Positions 47,401 to 57,859 of a stretch of DNA of 64,000 nucleotides are shown here, piece by piece. Both the position numbers and the translations under genes were made by a program. Below the pieces are notes generated by a model. That model was given only the letters and a program-made list of their open reading frames with translations. It ran no database searches and was not told the DNA's origin. How positions within the stretch are numbered: position 1 is the stretch's first letter; every line of letters starts with the position of its first letter. Origin of the DNA: Paraspadella gotoi. Taxonomy: Eukaryota > Animalia > Chaetognatha. The DNA is taken from contig CM119265.1 in the NCBI GenBank assembly GCA_051294375.1, positions 21,576,278 to 21,640,277 on the forward strand, read 5' to 3'.

Positions 47401-50400
47401 TCTATAGACAACGGATTGGAGATCTATTTTAACAAAAAAATGAGGGAGAAAAACGGTGAAAATCCGCCGTTTTTATTGGATTTCATTCGATGCAGTAAGT
47501 AATGAACGAAAGTGAATATCAACCACTAACTTACTTTGGATTCGCGGTGGTTAAATCTTCATTTCTAATTCGTAACTTATTTACATTAAACTTCACTTTA
47601 AATTTTAAAACGATGGTTCGGATCATCATCATCAACACAATGCACATGCACAATGCAGATTTTCATTATTTTTTTCATATAGATATTCTCTATTATGCGG
47701 TTTTTTAAAAATAAATAGACTCACCTCATTCGCGAAACGTGCGCAATTCTTTTCTCAATTCTCGCTTCCATCCTCCTCTCCTCCCGTCTTCCTTTCCTCC
47801 TCCCCTTCCTCCTCCTCCTCCTCTCCTCCTCCCAACTCTCCCCTCTCTTCCTCCGCGTGATCAGGGTTGAGCTCCGTTGAAGAGCATCCCCCCGATGCCC
47901 GATCATTACCACGAGCTTGTTGATCAGGGTGCAGCTTTACTCGAAGCGGGGAACTGCTCATTCGAGGATGGACTCGTAATCTCTTTGGCGCAAGTTCCAA
48001 GCATCGCATCGCTCGGTGTCTTCGCCGGCGGAAGAATCTGTTGAGTGGGGATTAGACTTGCCTAATTTTTAAATCTTTTTTGCAGAGTTGCAAATATTTT
48101 TTTGTACAATTTTTTTTTTAAAGTTATTAATTATAACATTTAATGAATGCTTCAAATTAATATTTATTGGTGTCTAAATGGAAGCCTTTTTAAAACTTCT
48201 TAAAGAGTTATAGTCTTTTTCCAATATTTTTTAAAAAAATATTAGACATGATGTGAAAATGAAGGCTGAAATAGTAAGCCGAAACATGTCCGCTCTAATT
48301 AAAATAAAAATTCGTTGTAACAAATTTCGAAAAACTTTGCTTTCTCTCTAAAAAAATTTAAAACAAGTAATTCTAAAATAATTTTCATTTTTAAAAGTCA
48401 TAGCGAAAAAAGTATTTAATAAAATTATATAAGTTAAGGTATCAAAAATGAAGTATTTGCGATTCTGAGATGAGTTCGGCTTATAATGAGTTTCTTAACG
48501 ATTTCACATTCACGAGCCCAAAAACAACCTCAATTTTCTTAGTTTTAGAGTTGCCGAGGCAAAATCTACCGATAAATTTTTTGGCAAAGTTGGCAAAGTC
48601 TATGTAGGGGTTGGAATATGAAGGCACTAAGGACAATTGTGGAAAAGGAAATTTGCATGATTTATAAATCAAATATGTAAAAATAGAAAGGGATTATGTA
48701 TCTTACGTTAGAAGCGCAGACGGGTATAAAAGATACATCATTGGCAGAGAACTGATAAAAAACTTACAAATGACTTTCATTTTATCACGGGTAGTTTCGA
48801 GTTACATACTGTTTAATGTATTGAGTTAACTTTAGGAACGTGTTGAATTTGTGTAATTTTAAAACATGATTGTTTTTCCCCTCGCTTTTTTTCAATCATC
48901 TTCTTCGTTAATTCCCATAATTCCATTAATTTCACAATGCAACATCCCTTCAGTCCCTTCTCCTTTCCGTTTCCTCGCCTGTTGGTGAGATTCCTCGCGC
49001 AGTCTTTTCCTCTTTCGTTCCGCACATTCGTCTTCGTCTCGTTGCTGCTCTGCCGCGGCACTCCAGCAAGCGGCGTCCCGCCCAAACGCAGCGCAGCGCC
49101 TGGAAATGCGTCGGTGCAGCCGAACATCTCGCAGTCGAATTCGAATATCTGTAAATTGTTAATTGTTAATTGATTGGGTAATTTTTAAAACACAATTGCT
49201 TATTTAACACTTTATTTCGCAACAGGGAAGATTTGTTTATTTAATTTCGCTGTTTTCCTATCAATATTTGATTAATCAGTATTTTATACTTTAAACGTTT
49301 AAATTTGTTAGTTTTAAGAACTCTGGGCCAGGGAGTTGAAAATCTGCTCACGTATTTTATTTTATTTAGTACCTTTCTGCAAAGCAGGCTTATATAAGAA
49401 ATTATTTAATATTAAATATTTCCAATATATAATATTATATATACTGACTTGATTTCAAGTTCTTAAATTCGTCCAAACGTCGCGATGGATCGTCGTCATC
49501 GTCGTCGGTTTCGTCATCGTCGGTCGACGCAGAAATCGTTAGGAGTTGAAATTCGCCTTTTTTTTTGGACAGCGTGAGTCCAACGGACGTTTGAACTCCG
49601 GGCAAAACTGAAAAATCCTGCACATCTGAGCCCCAATTATAGGAATTAATTTAAAGATCTAAAAATAATATTGACGTTCAAATGTTGACAAACTCAATAT
49701 GGTTTTTTTTTTCGCGAGTAAAATGTGCCCCGGTGAGGATCGAACTCACGACCTTCAGATGGCCCAATTTGTATTCAGTTTATGAGACTGACGCGCTGCT
49801 ATGCGCTTCCCGAGGCTACGAGGAAGGAACGCTATATCTTAGAAAGTACCGCAGCTAGAATGGAGCACAGGGGAAAATAAATTTTATATGACCGTGAACA
49901 AACAAGGAATTTAGACGTGAGATAGTATGATAAGGAGTACAAAAAATATTTTTATCTATATTGTTTTGGGGAACGCACCGTCATTCATCTAATTACAATA
50001 TATCCCTATCATTAAATATCCTGTAAAGAAATAAATTTTCCAAAAATATTTTTTATGAGAAGGCTTTGAAGTAGCATTCTACACGACCGATTATTTCAAT
50101 AAAGTAGCGATCTATNNNNNNNNNNNNNNNNNNNNNNNNNCATATAAAATTTATTTTCCCCTGTGCTCCATTCTAGTGCGTACTTTCTAAGATATAGCGT
50201 TCCTTCCTCGTAGCCTCGGTAGCGCAGTAGGCAGCGCGTCAGTCTCATAATGAATACAAATTGGAGCCATCTGAAGGTCGTGAGTTCGATCCTCACCCGG
50301 GGCACCTTTTTACTCGCGAAAAAATAAACCATATTGAGTTGTCAAATTTGAACGTCAATATTATTTTTAGATCTTTAAATTATTCTATAATTGGGCTCAA

Positions 50401-53400
50401 TGTGCAGGATTTTCAGTTTTGCCCGGAGTTCAAACGTCCGTTGGACTCACGCTGTCCAAAAAAAGGCGAATTTCAACTCCTAACGATTTCTGCGTCGACG
50501 ACGATGACGAAAGCGACGACGATGACGACGATCATCGCGACGTTTTGGACGAATTTAAGAAACTTGAAATCAAGTCAGTATATATAATATTATATATGGA
50601 AATATTTAATATTAAAACTATTTCTTATATAAGTTATTAAATAAATAAAATACGGAAAGATTTCCACTCCCTGGCCCAGAGTTCATTAAACTAACAAAAT
50701 ATAAACGTTTAAAAAGTATAAAATATGATCTGATTAATCAATATTGATAGAAAACAGCGAAGATTAAATAAACAAATCTGCTGTTGTGAAATAAAGTGTT
50801 AAATAAGCAATTGTGTTTTAAAATTACCCAATCAATTAACAATTTAACAATTTATCAGATATTCGCAATTCGACTGGCGAGATGCTTCGGCTGCACCGAC
50901 GCAGTTCCAGGCGCGGCGCCTGCGGGGTTGGGGCGGACGGCCGCGGCTGGAGTGCGTGCGGACAGAGCAGCAAACGATCGAGCGAAGACGAGGTGCCGAC
51001 GAAGAGGAAGAAGACTGCCGCGGGAAGCGTCACCAACAGGCGAGGAAAGCGGAAAGGAGAAATTATGGGAAATTATGGGAAATTACGAGAAGATGATTGG
51101 AAAAATAAGCGAGGGGAAAACAATCATTTTTAAAATTACACAATTCAACACGTTCCTACAAGTTAACCAATACATTAAAACAGTATGTAACTCGAATTAC
51201 CCGTGATAAATGAATTGTCATTTTGTAAGTTTTTTTATCAGTTCTCTGCCAATGATGTATCTTTTATACCCGTCTGCCTTCTAACTACGATACATATCCC
51301 CTTTCTATTTTTACATATTTGATTTATAAATCATGCAAATTTCTTTTTCCACAATTGTCTCTTAGTCCTTCATATTCCAACCCCTACTAGACTTTGCCAA
51401 ACTTTGCCAAAAAATTTTCGGTAGATTTTGCTCGCAACTCTAAAAAACTAAGAAAATTGAGGTTTTTGGTCTCAGTGATGTGAAATCGTTAAGGAAATCA
51501 ATTATAACCGAACTCATCTTCAAGATCGCAAAAAATACTTCATTTTTGATACCCTTACTTATATAATTTTATTAATACTTTTTCCCTATGACTTTTTAAA
51601 AATGAAAATTATTTAGAATTACTTTTTTACAATTTTTTTAGAGAAAAGCAAAGTTTTTCGAAATTTGTACAACGAATTTTAGTTTAATAAGACGGACATG
51701 TTTCGGCTTACTATTTCAAGCCTTCATTTTCACATCATGTCTACATTTTGAAAAAAAAATATTTGAAAAAACTATAACTCTTTAGAGTTTAAAAAGGGCT
51801 TCATTTAGACACCAATAAATATTAATTTGAAGCATTCATTTAAATGTTATAAATTATTAAACATTTTTAAAAAAATTGTAAAATATTTGCAACTCTGCAA
51901 AAAAGATTTAAAAATTAGGCAAAGTCTAATCCCCACACACAGATTCTTCGCCGGCGAAGACACCGACGCGATGCGATGCTTGGAATCTTGCGCCAAAGAG
52001 GATTACCGCAAGTCCATCTCGATGGAGCAGTTCCCCGCTTCGAGGTACAAGCGCACCCTGATCAACAAGCTCGTGGTCAAGAATCCGGGCATCGGGGGGA
52101 TGCTCTTCACTGAGCTCAACTCTGATCACGCGGAGGAAGAGAGGGAGATGTGGGGAGGAGGAGGAGGAGGAGGAGGAAGGGGAGGAGGAAAGGAAGACGG
52201 GAGGAGAGGAGGATGGAAGCGAGAATTGAGAAAAGAATTGCGACGTTTCGCGATGAGGGTGAGTTCTCATTTATGTTTAAACCGCATAATAGGAGAATAT
52301 CTATATGAAAAAAATAATGAAAATCTGCATTGTGCATTGTGTTGATTATGATGATCCGAACCATCATTTAAAATTTAAGTGAAGTTAAGTTAAATAAGTT
52401 ACGAATTAGAATGAAATTAACCACCGCGAATCCAAAGTAAGTTAGTGGTTGATTTCACTTTTCCGTTCAATTACTTACTTCCTCAAATGAAATCACAAAA
52501 ACCAGATTTTCACCTTTTTTTCTCTTCATATTTTTGTTATATCTCCAAATCCGTTGTCTATAATATATCTATATCTTCCCTCAGGCGGCCTCCGCCTCGA
52601 TCTCCAGCGGCGAATTTTGGGGATTTTTGAGTCGAGAAGTTGAGGAGGAGGAGGAAGAGGAAGAGGAGGAGGTCGCGAACGAATTATCGAAAGAGGATTC
52701 GTCTCCTCCTCAGGATTCGATCGGTGGTCGGAGCGAAACTCCTCTTCTTCGTCTTTTGATGAAGAGAGACGATTCCAACTCCTCGTCAAAACCCGGCATC
52801 GACCCTTCCGTTATCGTCGGCCTTACTTCCCCCAACGTCTCTTTACCTCTCGCTCCGTCAGTACACCCTCCCGGAGACGACCCAGCGACGGAGTCCGCGG
52901 GGCCAGCGGGAGGGTCTCCTGGACGGCGCCGACAGCGACCCTGGAGACAGAGAGAGAACCACGCCCACCCGAGGCGCCACTCGATGGACAATCATAAGAT
53001 TAAGGAGAATCTCGTTAAGGTTCCTTTCTTTTGATTGAATAATTGTTTTTGACCGGGTTTGATTGATTGATTGATTGATTTAATTGATATATTTTGATTT
53101 CATTTACATTGATTAATATTTATGATGTAATTATTTTGTTGTTTAGTTTGGTTTAATCGATTGATTGTTTGATTGGTTTGTTTCCTAGTTTGGTTTAATC
53201 GATTGATTGTTTGATTGGTTTGTTTCCTAGTTTGGTTTAATCGATTGATTGTTTGATTGGTTTGTTTCCTAGTTTGGTTTAATCGATTGATTGTTTGATT
53301 GGTTTGTTTCCTAGTTTCCTTCTTTCTCCTCCAAAGGTGAACATCTTCTTCGAGGATCTCAACTACGAGGAGACGGAAGAGGGAGAGGCCTACGACTTCG

Positions 53401-53943
53401 GCGACCTGTTGGGCGACGTCGGCGGACAGACTGGCCTCTACTTGGGCTTCTGCATTCTCTCCGTCATAGAATTTTTCGAGGTCGGCGTCAATGTGGTCAT
53501 CTGCGCCGTCGGGGCATTCCTCGCTAAGGTTTGGTATTGTGTTGGTGGACTGAATAAGAAACAAAGACCACAATTATTTCGCTTTTTTACATTTTGTTTT
53601 ATCAAATTGTTTCAAAACTGTTTTAAACAAACGCCGGAGTAAATATAACGTCCCCAAATTATTATTTTTTCTTTCCTCCAGCGGCGTTTCTTTCGTAACC
53701 AACGTCCGCCGCCATTCGGCGAAAAAACGATCGAATCGGAATCCCCCGATTTGCCGCCGAAAACGGAAACTCGAAAAAAGAAACAAAAGGCGTCTCGACT
53801 TCGGGCGGACAAAAGAGCAACGCGATCGCCGGTTCACGTCGATGCCGATTGGTGGCGACACAATGTGGACCTGGACAACGTACCGAGGATCGACATCAAG
53901 TCTCTCGACAAGTCTGTTCCTTGATGGCAAACGTCTGACTTAA
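32475..53943 (+). CDS. DEG/ENaC (amiloride-sensitive channel family) subunit; exons 32475-32486, 32716-32804, 33042-33131, 33269-33377, 33570-33718, 33900-34047, 34335-34477, 34938-35054, 35120-35248, [15-kb intron], 50408-50573, ~50859-51060, ~51943-52258, ~52585-53019, 53337-53528, 53682-53943
   Basis: TM1 FRFIWILAFTASLVASF, YP..SV, FPTVTICNLNPIR, FVIDCQFQG, FGICFSF, GLSVVL, GARIGLH; MHQG|FSVLPGVQTSVGL joins in phase across 35249-50407; ENLVKVNIFFEDLNYE...LLGDVGGQTGLYLG TM2. Some 3' exons carry indels likely due to noisy sequence. Confidence 0.88.
32506..32515. other. Assembly gap (10 N)
   Basis: Run of N. Confidence 1.
35439..35510 (+). tRNA. tRNA-Trp(CCA)
   Basis: 72-nt cloverleaf GGGCCTG...TCTGACTCCAGATCAGA...GTTCGAATC...CGGGCTCA, T-run downstream. 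Confidence 0.95.
35637..35708 (-). tRNA. tRNA-Val(AAC), error-ridden duplicate of 38732-38804
   Basis: Reverse complement of the intact copy with several indels. Confidence 0.7.
35951..36033 (+). tRNA. tRNA-Ile(AAT), copy with insertions
   Basis: GGCCGGTTA.GC.TCAGCTG...CTAATAA...AAGGTCGCGGGTTCGATCCCC...CTGGCCA matches eukaryotic Ile-AAT. Confidence 0.75.
36284..36365 (+). tRNA. tRNA-Ala(AGC), copy with insertions
   Basis: GGGATTAGCTC.AAATG..TAGAGCGCTCGCTT.AGCATGC...GGATCGATACCC; characteristic Ala T-loop ATCGAT. Confidence 0.75.
37134..37207 (+). tRNA. tRNA-Asp(GTC), copy with indels (mirror copy truncated by gap at 37336-37362)
   Basis: TCCTCG.TAGTA.TAGTGGTGAGTATCC...TGT.CACGCG.GAGACCGGG.GTTCGATTCCC...CGGGGAG matches eukaryotic Asp-GTC. 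Confidence 0.75.
38110..38187 (-). tRNA. tRNA-Ala(AGC), mirror copy
   Basis: Reverse complement of 36284-36365; anticodon arm CTCGCTTAGCATGC. Confidence 0.75.
38423..38499 (-). tRNA. tRNA-Ile(AAT), mirror copy
   Basis: Reverse complement GGCCGGTTAGCTCAGCTGGTTAGA...GGTTCGATCCCCACACTGGCA. Confidence 0.75.
38732..38804 (+). tRNA. tRNA-Val(AAC)
   Basis: 73-nt cloverleaf; acceptor GGTGCTG/CAGTACC, anticodon arm TCTGC-CTAACAC-GCAGA, GTTCGAAAC, TTTT terminator. Confidence 0.93.
38965..39046 (-). tRNA. tRNA-Ser(AGA)
   Basis: 82-nt, GCAGTTGTGGCCGAGTGGTTAAGGCG-ACTGA-CTAGAAA-TCAGT, long variable arm, GTTCGAATCC, CAACTGCG. Confidence 0.93.
39180..39253 (+). tRNA. tRNA-Thr(AGT)
   Basis: 74-nt, GGCGCCATGGCTTAGTTGGTTAAAGCG-CCTGT-CTAGTAA-ACAGG...GTTCGAATC...TGGTGCCT, TTTT terminator. 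Confidence 0.95.
40053..41974 (+). pseudogene. DNAH6: Frameshifted duplicate of DNAH6 3' exons (probably artefactual)
   Basis: [25 protein letters not shown]...RAGTLSTTG...[14 protein letters not shown], starts mid-exon, many indels. Confidence 0.8.
43297..45468 (+). pseudogene. Frameshifted duplicate of the calexcitin-like gene (probably artefactual)
   Basis: Reverse complement of 54420-56508 with frame-breaking indels. Confidence 0.8.
45932..49617 (-). pseudogene. Frameshifted duplicate of DEG/ENaC 3' exons (probably artefactual)
   Basis: Reverse complement of 50408-53943 (FSVLPGVQTSVGL, KVNIFFE, LLGDVG). Confidence 0.8.
49726..49816 (-). tRNA. tRNA-Met(CAT) with intron, error-containing mirror copy
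   Basis: Reverse complement of 50213-50304, intron also present. Confidence 0.7.
50213..50304 (+). tRNA. Elongator tRNA-Met(CAT) with 19-nt intron (50250-50268)
   Basis: GCCTCGGTAGCGCAGTAGGCAGCGCGTCAGTCTCATA[ATGAATACAAATTGGAGCC]ATCTGAAGGTCGTGAGTTCGATCCTCACCCGGGGCA; removing the insert gives a canonical 73-nt elongator Met; TTTTT follows. Confidence 0.93.
51691..51736 (-). ncRNA. Second degenerate minimal hammerhead motif (mirror at 48250-48293, +)
   Basis: GATG-tgaaaATGA-AGGC-loop-GCC-GAAA-CATG-TC-CGTC: palindromic stem III and GUC intact, CUGANGA box decayed. Confidence 0.45.
53147..53314. repeat. 42-bp tandem repeat x4 in the intron before the ENaC TM2 exon
   Basis: Four identical units TTTGGTTTAATCGATTGATTGTTTGATTGGTTTGTTTCCTAG. 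Confidence 0.95.
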
Positions 53944-54419
53944 CGAGGAAAAAATAAAACTGAACTTATGTAATTAATTGTAAAGCGGTTTTGTTCCCGA
54001 TCATTGTCCTATTCCTAATCCTTGTCAACTAATATGTACATTACACGAAGTAAAAAAAACAACCAAATTTTGTAACTGTTTTTAATCGATAACTCGAGCA
54101 AAGACATCATTGAAAGAAAACATTGTACAAAATAGAACAAAAATAAAAACCATAAACATTAAACAAGAAACAGCGAAGCAGCCCAAATCAAATTTCGTGA
54201 AGCGTGAAGAAAAGATTTATAGATTCGAAAATTTAAATCTGAACTTTTTTGGTTTTCAAAGAGCGATATTTATGTATACCCATAAATTTAAAACAAAAAT
54301 AAAAGTTTTTTATAAATTTCGATATGAAAGCACGAATTTAAACAAATAATTTGGATGAAAATCATTTTGAGGAAACCAAGGAATCTTCTCGGAGAAAAGA
54401 CCAACCGATGCACGAGTTT

Positions 54420-56508
54420 TTAAACTTCTTCGTCAAACTGGAGTTTTCCTGTGACGAAATTTCCGAGGCTTCCCTCGTCGTCTGAAAAGTAGAATTCGAG
54501 CAAAAGTCTTTTGAAGTAGAGGAAATTCATCTCGATTTCTCCGTTTTGGGTCATGAGAAGAAAAGCCTGGCATTTTGGTGGGGAGAGGGATTGGCAATTT
54601 AGTTATGGTACACGGACGAGCGATATTATGTGCTAGGGAAAACAACTTAAAACCGATCTTTGCTATTATCACCCCTTTACTTTGAAATAAATTTTTTTTT
54701 CATAATAAACTATTTTGCTATTGTTGTAAATCAATGGTAAAATATTTTTGTCTAATCACAAATTTAAAAAAAAAAGAAAAATGAACCAATGATGGACACG
54801 CCGACAGATAATACTTTATCTATCTAGTTCAAGATTTTTTTTTAACGGTGGGTGCGGCCTTTGTCAAACACTTTCGCGTATAAAAGAAGAAAAAACAATC
54901 GTTAAAAGACTTAATGTCAATCTTGCATTATAACTTTTTCTTTTGAATTTCTCTCTCTCCAAACAAACCAAGTTTTCTTTTCAACTTTTACTCAATCCTG
55001 GACCAACTTTGGACTACTCAAGCGACAAAAGAAGATTTTTTGAATGTCGAATGGAAAAAAAATTAAGTTTTTGGGTTGGTCATAATAATTTGGTGATAAT
55101 TTGGTCACAACTGAAAGAGTCATGCTTATAGGCAGGGTGAAGCCTAGGCAATGCCCAACTACACATATATTTTGTAGTTAAATCTCAAAAGTATAAATTC
55201 AAACGATCCTTTACTTAGTGTAAGAAAGACTCCTTACGACTCTTAGTCAACGAAAAATGGTTACAAAATGGTTACAAAATGGTCTTATTTACCTTCTTCG
55301 CGTCCCGCGACGGAACTCCAAAATACGACGAAACGAATTCAAATTCTTCTTCATCGATGAATCCGTTTCCTTAAACAGTATTAACATTAATAATGAGCAA
55401 ATTGCCAAATGATTTAAAGATTGCATCTTAAAACGCCACAGTTGATCAAATTGATAATCCCCATAAATTACTCGTTCGGTCAAAGAGATTGAATTTGTAT
55501 TCGATAAACTTTTCCATCCACGGAAGACTTTTCAACGGCGACGATGACGACGACGAAGACAAGTTGAAAAAAGATTTGTGCGGTTTTGGTGTGGCCTCTG
55601 AATCGGCGTCAGGGTCGCCCGCGTCTTTCGGCTCCCATTCCTTATAGAGCTGCCGTATGGAAATCTTGACCGAAGCTTTTTCCCACATCTTGAGCTTTGT
55701 GATTGGGGAGAAGAGGAGGGTTGATTTTAAAACGAGAGAACTTGATTGATTTCTAATTTTTTTTATATCATGTGCCTCAAATTTAAGATAAAAGACAAAT
55801 CAATTCTTCTTAAGTTATTTATATTATGCTATTTATTTTATTTGTGCCGAACGATTACCCATTCATCCACGGTGATTTTTCCGTCGCGATTCTTATCTCC
55901 GCATTCACACAGAAGCCGCCAGAGATTCTGAATCAAACGAGACAGAGATGATGAGAGAAATGGGAGGAAGAAGTAAGATTGAAAAGGAAGCACTGCTCAA
56001 CCTCGAACGTCTCCTCGGCCGCCGTCCACGCCTCGCTATCCGGTTTCCACAAATTCAAGCGACAAACTGTTTTTCTCGCAAGATCGAAATCCTCGCGGTC
56101 CAGACTTCCGTTACCGTTCATATCTGAGGCGAAAAAGGAGGAAAGGAAAGAAGGGAAGAGAAAGAAAAAAGAAAAGTCGGGATGGGAAATGTGAAGAAAA
56201 TGTACATTGTAGAGGTTAATGTATTTTTTTTTTAAATGGCTCAATAAAGAGTGAGAAAAAACAGAGAGAAATAATATTTATAATAAAAACTTCGTAATAG
56301 CAAATTATATGACGAAAAAAACAACTTGACACTTCCTGACTTTTACGTCCACCTTACCAAAATATTGGCGAAACACGGAAATAAGTTTTTTCTTTCGGAA
56401 TTCACTCAGCGTTTGTTTGTTTTTCTTTTTGTCCGTGCCGACGTCAGCCACGCTAACTGACTCGTCCTCCGGGGCGGACGCTTTGCTTTTCGCGACGTCG
56501 TTTCCCAT
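54420..56508 (-). CDS. Calexcitin / sarcoplasmic Ca-binding protein-like EF-hand protein, 6 exons
   Basis: LSEFRKKKLISVFRQYFDMNGNGSLDREDF...DKNRDGKITVDEWLKMW...LPWMEKFIEYKFNLFDRT.NGFIDEEEF...EFYFSDDEGSLGNFVTGKL follows the calexcitin pattern along its whole length; GT-AG introns in phase. Confidence 0.88.
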
Positions 56509-57859
56509 CGACGAAATTAGAAACGCGCGATTTTAATTCCGAGAAAAAAAAAATATCAGGATTCAAAAAAGTTGGAAATCGGGAATTGGAGTTTTGTAAA
56601 ATCCGAAATGGATCGAGAGTGAGAGGCAAAAGTTGTTTCGAAGACTAGAATTATTGTTCTCGAAAGTAAACAGAATGAATGTTTGAAGGTCATCGCGGAA
56701 AGAATATATAATCGATTTTCAGTTTGAGATTGACAAAGAAAAAAAAAACTTTTTTGATTTATGTGGAACCGGCTGTAAATAAGCTGATTCTATTTAGGTT
56801 TTTCTTGTCTAAAAAATAACCTACCCTCTTAGCAGGCCACTAACCTTTTTCTATATTAATTAAGAAAACTGCTTCCAAAGTTTGAAGGAAAAGGAGTAGC
56901 ATGTTTCAGTAGTCATCTGGCATAACTCTCAGCCAGAACAGAGGCGAGAATAAAAGAATAACATGATTAAAGATAAACGAAATGTTTAGATTTTCTCTTC
57001 TTTTTTAAGTCACAAACAAATGTCCATAAGCTATCTTCATAAATAACTAATTTTTTTAACAAATAAGAAATAACACTTGATTTGTGAATCAAAACTTTTA
57101 TTCTTGTAAAAAAAAATGGTTAGTTAAAGGATGAAAACATCCCGTGATTTTCAGATTAGTTCTGACTAGAATGTATATAAAAGTGGCAAGATATATATCG
57201 ACTATACAGTCTTCGATTAGCATCACAGTTAAACGGTTAGTATAAAAAATCCAGGCGGGCGAATTTTTTGACATTGAAATTGTTTAGTAGATTTAAACGG
57301 CCGAAGCGACGGCGACTAGCATCGGTGAGTGAAATGGCAAAAACAACGCTGTATTCGGTGAGTGAGTAAACTATCCGGACATCCGGCAAAGGACACAACG
57401 GGCGAGAGATAATAAACTAAAAACCGGGGATTAAGAGACACTCGGTTTTCGGGACCGCCGCTATCTTACTCCCTTCGCTCTCCAGAAATTCGCGGTAAAA
57501 AGTCAAACAAATTCCGACGAACGTAGAAATTGTCATATTTAAGAGGGGAGGATATAAATCGTAGGTGCCACATATTACACGGGAAATGCTTTCACTCAGA
57601 TTCGTCAGGACAACACTTAAAAAAAGGAATCAAATGTATTCGAGACACTGATTTCTCGAATTCTAATTCTAAGTCTAACACTTACTCATTCTTATCTTCA
57701 CTTCAAATAACTTTAAAAACATATCGGGGGAAGACAAGAAAAAATAATCGGCATTTGAGCAGACACGTCTCGACTCTGATTTAAGGAACCTTATATTAAC
57801 TTAGACGTTGGGTTCTGTTAAAAAAACGGGTTCTGATCTCGAGACCCGGATGTGAAGAA

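Noticed and set aside
40053-49890. Genuine paralogous dynein/calexcitin/ENaC genes
   Set aside because: Indel-dominated differences, mid-exon start and gap-centred symmetry point to duplicated noisy sequence.
53100-53573. Minus-strand ORF with TRKQTNQTINRLNQ repeats
   Set aside because: Antisense to the ENaC TM2 exon plus the 42-bp intronic repeat.
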